A stretch of DNA of 64,000 nucleotides from Mobula hypostoma (lineage: Eukaryota): positions 15,624,001 through 15,688,000 of the forward strand of contig NC_086124.1 in NCBI RefSeq assembly GCF_963921235.1, given 5' to 3'. Numbering within the stretch: the stretch's first letter is position 1; the number at the start of each line of letters is the position of its first letter. A model generated the notes under the pieces. That model ran no database searches and was not told the origin of the DNA. It saw only the letters and a list, made by a program, of their open reading frames with translations. The translations under genes and the position numbers were made by a program. Positions 11,171 to 26,400 of the stretch are shown here, one piece after another.

Positions 11171-11439
11171 TTCCAATTTTGGTGGTTTAATGGACAGTGA
11201 GACAGACTGATTAGGAGTGTGGGATAGGAAATGGACCATGGGATTTAACAAAGCCAAGTGCAAAGTGAGGAATTATGATAATTTATTTCAGAACAGGGCT
11301 TACATAGTAAATGACAGGTCTCTGACAGGCTTAAAACAGAGACAAAGTGTTGACACAGGTAGACAAAGTGGTGAATAAGGCATTTGGCACATTTGCCTTC
11401 ATCAGAGTAGTGAGTACAGTACCGTGGATTTCATGTCAC

Positions 11440-11690
11440 AGCGCAGCAGTTAGCACAAGGCTGTTACAACTCTGGGCATTCTGGAGTTCCATTTCAGCAC
11501 CATATCTAAGGAGGGTACCTTCTTCACGTGAACACATGGGTTTCCTCGGAATGCTCCAGTTCCTCCCACACTGAAGACATATCGTTAGTTGGAGGTTAGT
11601 TGCTCATTGTAAATTGTCCTGTGATTAGGCTAGAGTTAGATAGGTGGGTCTCTGGGTGGTGCGACTCGTTGGTCCAGAGGGGCTTGCATT
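11440..11690 (+). mobile_element. V-SINE-like element
   Basis: TGGGTTTCCTCGGAATGCTCCAGTTCCTCCCACA..AAGAC...CATTGTAAATTGTCC core; copies ~38630 and ~56550. Confidence 0.65.
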
Positions 11691-12890
11691 GTGAGAGGAT
11701 GAAGATATATCAAGTCCTGAGGGACAATTTTTTCACACAGAGTATGGTGGGTTAGTGGAATATTCTGCCAGAAGGTACTGTAGAGGTGGGTATATTTACT
11801 ATATTGAAAAGTCATTTTGCCAGGTACATTGATAAGAAAGTGTGAGAGCGATAATGGGCCAAATTGCGGTTGGGTTTAGCTTAGGTCAGTGACTTGATTG
11901 GCACTGAGTTGGGCCAGAGGGCCTATGTCCATGCTGCACAAATCAATGACTATATTTTGGGAAGTTAAGCTAAGGCAGGATGTACACAGTGAATGGCAGG
12001 GAGCTGTGAAATGTTGCTGAACAGAGAACTTGTGGGTTCCTACCTCCACCACTGCCACTAGCCACTCATTCCAGATGATAATCAATGTTTGTGAGAGAAA
12101 TTTACCCCTCAGGACCCCTTGAACCTCCATCCTGTCACTTTAAACATATGTTCTCTAACTTTCAACACCCGTAGCATAGGTAACATAGTCTTTCTATTTA
12201 TCCAATCTATTCCTCATATCATTCTCCGTACCCCTCATGTCACCTCTCATCCCTTTCACTACAGCAAAGTCAAACCCAGCTTCATCACATCACATGTGTA
12301 GTGTGGTGACAAGAACTGTACACAATATTCCAAACGCAGCCTAACCAACTCGTTGTACATCTGAAACATGACACCACAACACTTATACTAAATTCTTTGG
12401 CTGATGAAAGCAGGCAGACCACACACCTGCTTCACAACCCTGTCAGCCTGTGATGCCACTTTCAGGGACTGTGTAACAACACCTGAGGCATCTGCAAAGG
12501 TACTTCAATGAACAAGGCACAGAGGAATATGGAATTAATTCAGGCAAGTGTGTTTAGTATAGGTGGGCATGACAGTCAACACAGATGTGATGGGCCAAAG
12601 GGCCTGTTTCTGTGCTGTACAAATCTATGACTTCATAATACTCCACCATTGCATGCAGTGACTCTGGCTGCCTTGGATCTCAGCTCTGAGCTTGTCTCAC
12701 TGACCCCCATGTCCTCTGAGATGATACAGGGAGCTATACACTGTAATTCATTGTCTGTTCTTTCTCTTAATACTATCCATTTCCATCTGAACCTTTCCAA
12801 TCGATGTACCTATTTAAATGCTTTTTGAATACTGTAATTGTACCCACTTCTACCACGTTCTTTTGCAGCTTGTTCCATCTATCCACCACC

Positions 12891-13155
12891 TGTCTGTCTG
12901 TCTAGGTACCATATCCGATGCGAACTTTGGTGACCATGGTTTTCCATATAGATCTATCCTTTGTTTTTTGGATGACTTCAATTTCCTCGATGTGTAGCCA
13001 CCTGGCTATGCTTTTGATGTACATAAGCCGAGGTCTTCCTCTAGGTTTACTCCACTCAATCTTTCCAGAGAGTATGAGTTTTTCGAGTTCATCTTTCCAC
13101 ATGATGTGTCCTAGGAATCTGAGTTGTCTTTCTCTTATTGTTGGTATGAGTGAGT
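12891..13155 (-). mobile_element. RTE-clade LINE 3' end with (AGAC)n tail
   Basis: RQLRFLGHIM.KDELEKLILSGKIEGSKPRGRPR (ORFs 12902 and 40073); also ~57941-58200. Confidence 0.8.
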
Positions 13156-13339
13156 CAGTGGGTGTTCATGGGGAGAAGGTACCACCACCATTTGTGTAAA
13201 AAGTTGTCCCTCATGTCCCCTCTCTACTTAAATCTCTGCCGTCGGGTTTTAGACTCCCCACATGTGGAAAAAAGACTTTGGTCATTCACCTTATCAATAC
13301 CCCTTATGATTTTATACACCTACAGACTCACTTTGAAGG

Positions 13340-13812
13340 TCTCTACAAATCATTGGAAAGCATACAGAGGAGATTTACCAGGATACTACTTGGTTGAGAG
13401 AGTATGCATTATGATCAGAGATTAAGGGAGCTAGGGCTTTACTCTCTGGAAAGGAGGAGGATGAGAAGAGACACGATAGAGTTATACAAGACATTAAGAG
13501 GAATACATTGAGTGGACAGCCAGCACCTCTTCCCCATGGCACCACTGCTCAATACAAGAGGACATGGCTTTAAGGTAACAGGTGGGAAATGCAAGGGGAA
13601 TATTAGAGGAAGTCTTTTTACTCTGAGAGTGGTTGGTGTGTGGAATGCATTGCCTGAGTCAGGGGTGGAGGGAGATCCACTCGTGAAATTTAAGAGATAA
13701 CTAGACAGGTATATGGAGGAAGTTATGTGGGGAGTGATATGGGAGGCAGGGTTCAAGGGTTGGCACAACGTTGTGGGCTGAGGGCCCTGTACTGTGCTGT
13801 ACTATTCTATGT
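13340..13812 (+). mobile_element. CR1 3' end
   Basis: LERVQKRFT...LGFYSLERRR...TRGHGFKV...FTQRVVGVWNALP (ORFs 13512, 40685, 58296). Confidence 0.85.
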
Positions 13813-14162
13813 TACCAGATTGATTGATTGATTTGCAGTTTTTTTTTACACATTAGTTTTTTTGTCAATCTTTGTTTGTGTGCAGTTCTTCACTGACTCT
13901 ATTGTATTTTTTTTGTTCTGTTGTGAATGCCTTCATGAAAATCTCAGAGTAGTATATGGTGATATTCATACTTTGATAATAAATTTACTTTGAACTTTTC
14001 AAATTCAAAGACTGGTAGATTGTGGATGGAGTAAAGGACTATCAATGAACACAGAGGGATATGGATCGGGTAGGAATGGCAGGGTCAGTTCAGTGGAGTT
14101 TTACATGGATATGTGAATATAAAGGGACTGTAGTGATACACAGTAGATGATAAACAGGAGGG

Positions 14163-15160
14163 TGTTCTGTACAAAGTCCCATTGTATCTCAGATTTTTGG
14201 ATTTTCTCTCTGTTTTGAAAATAGTCTGCACATTTATTTCTACACCCAAAGTTGATGACCATGCATTTTCCAACATTGTGTTTCATTTGCCAACCTTGTC
14301 CATTATTCTAGTCTGTCTTAGTCCATCTGCAGCCTACCTGCCCCTCCAGCAATCTTCATATCAGCTGAAAACTTGGCAACAAAGCCATCTATTCCATCAT
14401 GAAAATCATTGATATTAAAAGAAGTGGTCCCAACACCAACCACTACTCACTGGCAGCCAAGCAGAAAAGGATCCCTTTATTCCCACTCGTTGTCTTCTAC
14501 CAATCCAGTAAGAAGCCTCAAGTGTGGCAGCTTGTCAAAGGCCTTCTGAAAGTCCAAATATAGAACATCCACTGCATCTCCTTTATCTATCCTATGTGTA
14601 ATGTACTCAAAAGAATTCCAACAGGTTTGTCAGGCAGGATTTTCCCTTAGGAAGCCAAGTACTCCAGAATCTCATCCTTAACAATTTACTCCAACATCTT
14701 CCCAACCACTGAGGTAAGGTCAATAATTTCCTTTCTGCTGCCTTTCTAAAAGAGTGGAGTGACATTTGCAACTTTCCAGGCCTCTGGAGGTTTGCCAGAG
14801 TCCAATGATTTTTGAAGATCATTACTAATTATCCCACAATCTCCACCACTAGCCCTTTCAGAATCCGAGGGTGCAGTTCATCTGGTCAGGTGACATGTAT
14901 CCTTAGGTCTTTCAGTTTTTTGAGCATCTTCTCCCTTGTAATGTAACTGCACCCACCTCTCTTCCATCACACCTTTTAACATTTGGCACACCACTAGTGT
15001 TTTCCACAGTAAAGACTACTGCAAAATACTCATTTACCTCATCTGCCATCTCCTTGCCCCCTGTTATTATTTCTTCAGCCTCATTCTTTAGCAGTTCTAT
15101 GTCCACTCTCATCTCTCTTTTATTTAATACACTTGAAAAAGCTTTTACTACCCACTTTGA
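14163..15160 (-). mobile_element. CR1-like fragments at the start of the repeat unit
   Basis: FNVGKC-like, KGKSCLTNLLEFF and EMADEVNEYFAVVFT motifs (ORFs 14101, 14607, 14912). Confidence 0.8.
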
Positions 15161-16815
15161 TATTGGCTGTAACATTACTATCATATATCTTGGATAACTG
15201 ACACAAAACCTCTTCAGATGTGTTTTCAATTCTTGGAAAATTAAATGATGGTTTTATCGAAAAAGAGCAAACGCAAAGAGATGAGTACAGCACTGAAATT
15301 CAAGTAAAACACAGCTCAGGCAGTAAAGACAGAGAAACAGAGTTAACATTTCAAGCAGAAGCCACTTCATCAGATACCATTCTGCTAACATGTTTTGTTG
15401 CATATTTATTCCTGCCAAAATGTGCAATCTCACTTCTTCCCATAATTTCCCCTCCTTACTCCATCTTCCCTACTTATGTTCTCATCTCTCTTTGTGTCAC
15501 CAGTAAGTTCAGAATTTTTCGCTTTCCTATGAAAGGGAAGCTTATCAAATGGACATCTCAGATCAGCGCGACCACTCTTCCCTTTATCCACAGATTATGT
15601 TACTACACCAAAGATTTCAATATATTTGGCTGAAAGTGGAATCACTTTCTCAAAACCCTGTTCACTTTGCCAGATTTCTTGAAGTTTTGGAGATGTGCAT
15701 TTATTCCCTCTGTGGTTACAGATTCAAATGTTTTTGGGACAGATGGTTAACTGTAAGTAGGTGACCAGAACTGCGCTCAATACTCCAAATTAGGCCTCAT
15801 CAACATGTTACACAACTTCATCATAACATCCCAACTCCTGTACTCAGTGTTTCGATTTTTGAAGGCCATCGTGTCTACAGCTCTATTTACAGTCCTTGCT
15901 ACCGGTGAGACCACTTTTTAGGAATAATGGGTCTGTATTCCCAGATCACACTGCAAGCTTCGACAGTCTTCCTGGTTATCCACTACATCCCCATTCTTTG
16001 TTGATCTATTTTACAATATAATCACTCAGTTTGTGATATAGATTACAAAAAAAAACGGACCGAGCACTGATCCCTGCTTAAGAGGGGAGGTGATTTAAAT
16101 ATAGAAAATGATGAGGAGTGGAGATAGTGTAGGTTAGAGAGAGTTTCCCCCCCCATATCAGGAGCAGATAAAACTGCAGGACATGGGGTGTGGTTGAAGG
16201 GGTAACAGGTTAAGAGAGGATTTGTTCACCCAGACGGTGGTGAGTTCCTGGAACACTGTACCGGAGAGAGTGGTGGAAGCAGAGCCGCTGATGGTGTTTT
16301 CAAAATGTCACGTAAATTCCCAGGCTACTGAGCAAGTGCTGGAAGAATGAATTAATATGGATGGATTCCCATTGGTTGATATCGATGTGACGGGCCAAAT
16401 GGCCTGTAATACTGCTGAAACAATCTCTAAAAATCGGAATCAATGAATCCCTGCTACAAGAAACACGCAAACCTGATAAATATGATAACCGTATTCACCA
16501 TCTCTCTGTCTGTCCCCATTAACCAGTTCCACAGGGCCCTCGTTTATTCCAACAGTTTCCAACGGTTTATTCAGAACGCTGACGCTGTTCTGTTGCGGCT
16601 AAACCACTGGAAATTGACGGTCGTGGAGCTGAACGATGAGAGGCCGCTCTCTGCTCTGTCCGTCCGCCTGCCTTTGTCTCCACCCCTCCCCGACTCTCCC
16701 TCTCTCCGCATTGTTCGTCACCGTCTCCACACCTTACCGCCTCTCTGCCTTTCTCGGGCAGGTCGGGGCGCTGCGTATAAAAGGAGGCAGCAGCAGTCGG
16801 TTCGTCACTGAGTGA

Positions 16816-17136
<321 letters not shown>

Positions 17137-17818
17137 GGAACTCCTGATTCTGAACACAACACAAAGGCTCTTTTAAGAGCCACCCACCACCTCAGAGAGA
17201 GCAGTAACCCGGAGCAGAAATAGCTGATAAACAGAATTGTTTATTGGGGAACTGACCATTTCTGTGTTTATCCGTACTTTCATCATTACAGTAGCTAGAG
17301 TTTAGAAAATGCTAAAAAGAAATGCAATTAAAGTTATAATACTTAAACTGTTCCGCAGAAGTAACTCCCTCAAAGTAACATTCTCATGAAGGTTATTTAT
17401 AAAGAAAACTAGCAGCCAATCATTTCGGACCGCCTGAAATCCGACCGCCAGTCACAGATCGGTATCGGGGTACGGATGATTTTAAACCCGACGGGCGGCT
17501 GCTTGAATTCGATAACGGATATGAAGCCGATCGCAGCGCTGGGGCTCTAGACGCGATCGGGGCAGACATTCAACTCCCAACAGTCGGCGGACGTCCCTGC
17601 TCCGACATTTCAGACTGTGCACCCAGCGTAAACCTGTGAGTTGCGTTTCGCACCAGTCAGGAATTTCAATGCACCCTACCTGCTAATTAGTACAACAATC
17701 TAATCCGAACAAGAGCCCTTTCCCCCGCGCTTAAGGTATCCGCAAAGCAGCCCTTTCACAGATACTGTGAGTGGCTCTGAAAAGAGCCTTTGGTTCACTG
17801 GGTTCAGATTCTGTCTCT

Positions 17819-18370
<552 letters not shown>

Positions 18371-20813
18371 TCAAGAAACAGTAACAGAGTCACGGGAAAT
18401 ATCCGCTCATTCTCCAAAGAGAAACTGAAATTTGAAACAGCCCGCCAAAAATCCTTCTTTTAATGCTCATCTAAAATGAAATTATTGCATGTCTGTTTGT
18501 CGGCTTGATCTCCACATTCACTAATTACTGGAGTCCGCCACATTTCATGTAAGTGTAGCTACTATTGCAACACTGGCTGGGGATTTAATTCACCGATTTC
18601 TTTAAACTAAGAAACGCTCAGAACAAAACCCGCTTCTCAGCTGCTGTTCGCCGTCGGTCATTGTTCGCGCATCAGGTTATGGACGAATTGCTCTTCTCAA
18701 ACGGCCTGAAAAGTTTGTAATGTAAAAGGGACAAGGGAAGTAGATATCGGACCACTTGCAAATGACTGGAAAGGTAGAAATGGGCCAGAAGGAAATGGTG
18801 GACGATCTGAATAAGTATTTTGCAATTGTCTTCGCTGTGGAAGATACTAGCAGTATGCCAGTGTTCGAGAGTGTCAGGGCCAGAAGTGAGTGAAATTGCG
18901 ATTACCAGTGAGAAAGTGCTTGGAAAACTGAAAGGTCTGAAGATAGATAAATCACCTGGTATATACCCCAGGGTTCTGAAAGAGGTGGACGAACAGATTA
19001 CAGACGCGTTAGAAATGATCCTTCAAGAATCTCTCGAATCTGGAATAGTTCCACAGGGCTATAAATTGCAAAAATCATTTCACTCTTCAAGAAGGGAGAG
19101 TTGCAGAAGAAAGGAAGTTATTGGCCAGTTAGTGTGACATTAGTGGTTGGGAAGATGTTGGAGTGGATTGTTAAGATGTGGTTTTGGTTACTTGGAGCAC
19201 ATGATAAAATAGGCTGAAGTCAGGATGGTTTCCTTAAGGGAAAATTTTGCCTGACAAATCTGTCGGAATCATTTGAAGAAATAACTAACAGGACAGATGA
19301 AGGAGAATTGATGAATGTTATGTACTTAGATTTTCTGAAGCTTTTAACAAGATAAGAGCCCATGTTATTACAAAAAAGATACTAGTATGGATAGAGCATT
19401 GGCTCATTGGCAGAAGGTAAAAGAGTGGGAATAAAGGGAGCCTTTCCTGGAGTACTGCCAGTGACTAATGGTGTTAAATAGGTGTCTGTGTTGGGACCCA
19501 CCTCTTTTTTTTACATTATACGTCAACGATTCAGATAGTGGAACTGATGGATTTTTGCTAAGCTTGTAGATGATACAAAGATAGGTGAGGGAGCAAGTAT
19601 CGCTGTAGAAACAGGTAGTCTGCACAAAGACTTAAACAGATTAGGAGAATGGGTAAAGAAGTGGCAGATTGAATACAGAGTTGGGAATTGTATGGCTATG
19701 CACCTTGTAGAAGAAATAAAAGTGCACACCAATTCTATTTGGAGAGAAAATTCAAAAAATACGAGGTGCAGAGGAACTTAGGATTCCTTGTGCAGGATCC
19801 ACTAAAGGTAAATTTGCTTGTTGAGTCAAATGCAATGTGAGCATTCATTTCAAGAGGACAAGAATTTAAAAGCAAGGATGTAATGTTGAGGTTCTATAGG
19901 CATCCGTTAGTCTCATGACACCATGGATATGCGCCTTGGATGTTTTCCAAGCTGCAGGCCTGGGCAAGGTTGTATGGAAGCTCTGGGCAAATGTAGAAAG
20001 GCTTCAATATAGTGGATGTGTAGAGTAAATGTCCTGTGGTGCGGGAGTTCGACTCCCGAGGTCGCAACCTCAAAATAGAGGGATGTTCATTTAAAACAGA
20101 GATGACAGGGAATTTCTTTAGCTAGAGACTGGAGAATCTGTGGAATTCATTGCTATTGAAGGTCAAGTGATTGGGTATATTTAAGGTAGAGCTTGATAGT
20201 TACTTGATTGGTCAGGGTCTGATGTTTATGGGGAGAAGGCAGGGGAGGGAAATGGATCAGCCATAATGAAATGGTGGAGCAGGCTCGATGATCTTTATCT
20301 GTTCCTATGACTTATAATTGCAACTTCCTCCCTTCTGAGCTCTCATCTCCTCCAAAGTGAAGTCATCTTTTTCTAAATTCCATTCAATTCAGTCCCCACT
20401 TCAATTAACTGCCTCACAGTCCCTGCCAGAATGAGAGAACATGATCCTTAATTAAAACCTTTGCCTCTCTCTTACTTAGTGGGATATCAGTATTACAGCA
20501 CTGCCCTTCATAGATTATTAGTCAGCCTATCGACTACTTCACCTCCGACATGAATTGTGATCCAGAAAAGCAGACATACACTCCCCAATACTGCAGCTGT
20601 AATAATGTTTGCCTAACTTCCAACAAAACACACGGACAATGACTGGACTCACAATCAGAATCAGAATCCTTTATTATCGCCAAGTATGTGGTTCATCGGG
20701 CTGGGTTGGCATGTTTAAGAAAAGCTCAGTGAACAGTAACAGACAGCCCTTTCCACTGCTGTGTTGGTGGCTCTTAAAAGAGCCTTTTGTTGTGTTCGGT
20801 GTGGAGGTCGGAT

Positions 20814-21230
<417 letters not shown>

Positions 21231-22128
21231 TCAGCCGCCTGAGCGAAACTTCAAATATCGGGATCGGAATAGCGGAGCAAACGCAGGAACCAGCTTTTAA
21301 AGCGTTGATGATGGGCCGTCCCACTCTTTGATTGGTTGCAATGGACAGCTCCATTGCGGGCCCCAACGTTGCGATTGGCTGCTTTCCATCACCAGTTTGA
21401 AGCTGGCCGGTGGTGAGGGTGGGGGAGATGGTGGGGAATATTACCCATGACCAAATATGGAAATTGGTGACTCAGGGTCGGAAATTAGCCAGTCTGACTG
21501 CTGTGATTTGGATGCCGGTTCAGTTTGAAATCACCCGCCAAATCCAAGAGGCAAACAAAAGTAAAAATTGTTTCAACAGCAACCGGTTTTCTTACAATTA
21601 AAATAATCACGAATTATCAAATTTCACCTTGATGTAAATCATCGATCGTCTTCATTCAATTAGCTGAATCTGAATGTTTATGTTTTTACTGAATAGCTTT
21701 TCGCGGTGAGTGAATTCAGTGTTGCCGGAAACGGGAGGACAAAGAGAGAAGACTGAGATTGATTTTAATTTCTGCTTTTACTAAATGGTTTTGTGGGAAA
21801 ACAGCCACAAGGTTTTCAAAAGGACCACAGGAACCAACACCAAAATCAAATGCTGTTCAATTGCAGTACATCTTCAAAACATTCATTACAACCAAATAAA
21901 TTAAATTATCAATCTCTTCATTCTCCAAATTGCTGTTCAAACCGACGGCCGCTGTCTCCTTTTATAACAGCACCCTGACCTGCCCGAGGGAGACGGAGAG
22001 GGATGCAGAGAGACAGCGTCAGAGTAATAGAGCAGAGAGCGACCTCTAATTTCCAGCTCTTTTGTGGGAGGTGTGAGTGGCTCTTACAAGAGCCGTTGGT
22101 TTCAGGCCTTTAAAATGTGTATCTTTAT

Positions 22129-22761
22129 TTACTTTTTGGCAGTCGCCTTCTTGGCTTTCACGGATTTTGCCTTCGATTTGGGTTTCGCCGACTTCTTGGG
22201 CGCCTTCGCCTTCGGAGCTGCGATCTTCTTGGGGCTCTTGATCTTCTGCGCAGCCTTCTTGGCCGCAGGTTTCTTAGCTGCCGCTTTTTTAGCCGTCGGT
22301 TTCTTAACACTTTGTTTCTTGGCGGGAGATTTCTTAGCTGCTTTCTTGGCCGCAGTTTTCTTGATCGCTGGCTTCTTGATCTGAGATGTCTTCGCCGCTG
22401 GTTTCTTCACTTTTTTCACGACATTGGCGGTTCTTCCTTTTTTAGCGACCTTCAAGGAGCCGGAGGCACCTGCGCCCTTGGTGTGAATCAGGGAGCCGCT
22501 TTCCAATTTCTTTTTAATGACAATCTTGATCTGACTTTTGAGCTTTTCCACATCAACGCCGTTGGCGGCCAACCCCTTCTTTATCGCGACTATGGACACC
22601 CCTCGGGGACTGCGGCAATCCGCCACGATCTTGTCGATCTGTTCGCCCAGTTTGGGACCGGCTGGCTTGGTCCGGGCGGCCGCCTTCTTCTTCTTCGGAG
22701 TCTTGGTTGCAGCGGCAGGCGCCGCTGGAGGAGCGACTTCAGCGGCTGCGATCTCGGTCAT
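22129..22761 (-). CDS. H1: Linker histone H1, 210 aa (U2)
   Basis: MTEIAAAEVAP...; several substitutions versus U1. Confidence 0.95.
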   Translation of the reverse strand: MTEIAAAEVAPPAAPAAATKTPKKKKAAARTKPAGPKLGEQIDKIVADCRSPRGVSIVAIKKGLAANGVDVEKLKSQIKIVIKKKLESGSLIHTKGAGASGSLKVAKKGRTANVVKKVKKPAAKTSQIKKPAIKKTAAKKAAKKSPAKKQSVKKPTAKKAAAKKPAAKKAAQKIKSPKKIAAPKAKAPKKSAKPKSKAKSVKAKKATAKK

Positions 22762-23295
22762 GTCGGCGACTCTGTACAAACTCTCTCAAAACTCAGAACT
22801 GAGTGAGAAATGAAGAGAGAGGCGGCGGTGCAGAGCAATTTAAAGGCAGCGAGCGGACGGGGCGGAGACACCTTGTCGTCAGCTCCTGGTCACTCTGTCT
22901 CTCTGTGTTTCTTTCTCCCCAAAAACACCCCCATTCCAATTAAAATAAGGCACCTCCACTCCCAGATCGCTCTCTGTCTGTGTCCGAGGCCGGATTCTTT
23001 GCTGTAAAACAAGCTTGGTCCGAATTAAAGGCAACAGTTTTCATATAAATCCGTTTAACTGCTGCACCGACTTCGTTCTCTCCCGCCATCACCGGAATAC
23101 TCACCGTTTTCCGACTGAAATATCGAAACCAACTAAAAATACGGGCAATTCCCGCTTCAGGATTGAGCTGGGGAGCTGGGCCATCTCGTGATAGGGAAAT
23201 CTTTTCATTTTCCACAGGCGGGACGCCGAAATGCGGCGACGTGATCGGACTCACAAACACAGCCGCATCGCATTCAAAGTGTTACTGGTTTGTCT

Positions 23296-23449
23296 TAAAA
23301 AACGCAAACAACAGGAATTCTGCAGATGCTGGAAATTCAAGCAACACACATCAAAGTTGCTGGTGAACGCAGCAGGCTAGGCAGCATCTCTAGGAAGAGG
23401 TACAGTCGACATTTCAGACGAGACCCTTCGTCAGTCCTGATTTATCTCG
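23296..23449 (-). mobile_element. Penelope-like terminal fragment, U2-specific
   Basis: Same family as 6666/9087; minus CTGACGA-AGGGTCTCGTCT-GAAATGTC-GACTG; imperfect GTTT(G/A)TCT direct repeat; empty site in U1, U3, U4. Confidence 0.8.
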
Positions 23450-26400
23450 TTTATCTGTTCTGTATCTTGCAATATTTAATTTACACACTTCGTTTATTTA
23501 TGTGTAATCCATCTATCGATTTTATCCGTTACACTCTAATTCGGAGAAACGTTGTCTCGTTTGACGGTATACATGTATATTGTTAAATGACAATAAACTT
23601 AATTTGTTTGACAGTGATACCAGGCTGAACCGTCAGGTCCCTCTCTGACACACCGTTCAGATCTGCACAAACTGTGGGCCCAATGTACAGTTCCCAGCAC
23701 AAGTTTTCCTCTCCGCTTCAGTGTTACCGCGTGTTGCTTGTAGATTCCCAGCTCAGTAACATCTCCACTTCTTTCTCTTATCTCTGGAGCCATATTTTTC
23801 TCCTGAGTAAACATTCATTACAAAACTCACCCACCTCCTGGGGCTCAAGATCTCGGTAGCCCTACTGATCTATAAGGGAACCGAATCTCTCCCTAACTAC
23901 CCTTTCATTCTTAAGACAACGGGAGAACCTCTTCGGAGATTCCTGAACTTTACCTGCCGGATCCATCTCATAGTCCCTCTCTTTGCCCTCCTGATTTCCT
24001 TCCGCAGAGCATACTCAATCTTTTCGTAGCCAGAAAGGGATTGGTTTGATGTCAGCCTCCTGAATGAAATGTATGATTTCCTTTCTCTTTTAAAACTGAA
24101 CCTCATTATCTCTCATTTGCCAAGGTTCCCCAAACCTGCCAGATTACCCTTCACCCCAACGGGAACATTCTGTTCCCAGACACTTGCTGTCTGACTTGCC
24201 ATTTATTCATTTTCTTTCTTACAGGCTCTCCAAATCAACCTTGGCTCGTAACTAATTCCCCCAACGTTACCCTGCCCCAGTTTACAGCACTAACCTGTGG
24301 AGCTGACCGACTGTACCCTTCCCATCACTCTCTTAAGCTAACAGAAAGAATGAAGAAGGTATCAAAAATTACTAGGGAACCTTGGTTAACTGTGGAAATC
24401 AGCCGAGGAATGGCTGTCTTACTGAACATCCACACTCAGAAAAGACTTCAGAAAGAAGGCCAGTTCTCAAGAGTTTGGTTCCTCTTGTGACCGTACAGTG
24501 TCTGCGCTGTGTTCAGTCAGGACACAACGTTTGGGTTTATTGAGATACAGCACGGAAAAGGTCTCTACAGCCCCTTCAGCCATGCTGGCCAGCAATCCAC
24601 CAGTTAAATCCCAGGCAATTTATAATGACCGATTAACCTCCCAACCAGTAGTTCTCTGGACTGTGGGAGGAAACTGGAGCACCAGAGAATGTATAGACTC
24701 CTCACTGGCAACAGCAGGATTTGAACCCTGGTCACCTGCAATTTTAAACCTTTCCTTCCTGAAACTTCCACAAAACTGGCATCACAGATGGACAGGATGG
24801 GGAAGAAAGTATTTGGTACACTGGCCTTCATCAGCAAAGATGATTACACAGGAGCTGGAATGTGATGTTCCTTTTGTGGAAGACATTGATGAATCCACAC
24901 CCAGAATATTCTGTGCAGCTTTAGGCACACTCATTGGAGCCACAGTGTAATTACTTTTTAAAGAGTGCAAAAAAAGTTTAGAAGAGTAACGGTGGGAACA
25001 GAAAGCCTGAGTTATGTGATGGTGTTGGCTGTGCTGTCTGCAAACTTCAAGCGAAGACATTAAGACCTGTCAGATATAAGTAGCCATGAATATGCTCACT
25101 AAAGGGAGATAATACTGTAATGACCCAATCTTCAAAGATTGGTTTATTCTCCATGGTGTTTTGCTGCCAATACAACCACTATTCGAATGGTGGGCCCCAC
25201 TCAAAGGAAAAGTTACTTCCAGCTAATAAAGTAGTTTAAAGTAATAAACACAAGTAATTCTGTAGATACTGGAAATCCAAAACAACATACACAAAATGCT
25301 GGAGGAACTAATCAAATGAGGCAGTGTCCATGGAAAAGAACAAACAATCGATGTTTCGGGCAGAGACCTTCTTCAGAATTGGAGAGGAAGGGGGAAGATG
25401 TCAGAATAAAAAGGTGGGGGTATAGGAACGTGACGTGAAGTCAGGTGGGTAGGAAAGGTCAGGGACTGGAGATGAAGCAATTTGATAGCACAGGAGAGGG
25501 GACCACAGGAAAAAAGGAAGGAGGGGGCTCCAGGGAGAGGTGTTTGGTAGGTGAGAAGAGGCAAGAGGCCAGAGTGGAGAAAAGAAGGGGAGATGGAGGG
25601 AATTTTTTTTTTAACCAGATGGGGAAATTGATATTGACGCCATCCGTTTAGAGACGACTCAGGTGGAAGATAAGGTGTTGCTCCTCCACCCTGAGGGTGG
25701 CCTCGTTGTGGCACAAGAGGAGGCCAGGGACCCAACATGTAAGAATAGGAATGGGAATAAAAATGAAATTTAGGGCCATCACTTTGTTCCACTTTTAGTG
25801 GATGGAGCAGAGGTGCTCAACAAAGCAGTACCCCAATTTATGACAGGTATCACCAATGTTGAGGAGGTTACATCGAGAGCATTGGATACAATAGACAAAC
25901 ACAGTAGATTCACAGGTTAAGTGTTCCCTCACTTGGAAGGACTCTTAGGGGTTCTGAATGGAGGTGAGTGAGGAGGCGGGTAGACAGGTGTAGCACTTTG
26001 GCCACTTGATAAGTGCCAGAAGGGAGATTAGTTGGGGTGGATGAATGGACAAGGAAATTACCGGGAGGCAGGGAGAGGGGTTGGGGGTGTGGTAGGAAGG
26101 TAAAGTTATGTTTGGTGATAGGATCCCTTTGGAGGTGTAGTTTAAAGTAGTTTAAAACACATTTTTAAAAATTTAATCACTTAAACCCAAACAACACTCT
26201 CAAAACACATTAAAAAATCAAACAGTTTCTATCTTAAACATTTCCAAATTCTTGCAGAGCGTTTCTATCTCATCTTGAATCTTGAAACATTATACACTGA
26301 AACATTTCCCGGCCTTAGGTTTCCCATTCGCATTCTCACATAATCCTTGGAGCACACCACATCGCCCCCTCTGTAACCTTCCCATGCTGGAAAACTGCCA

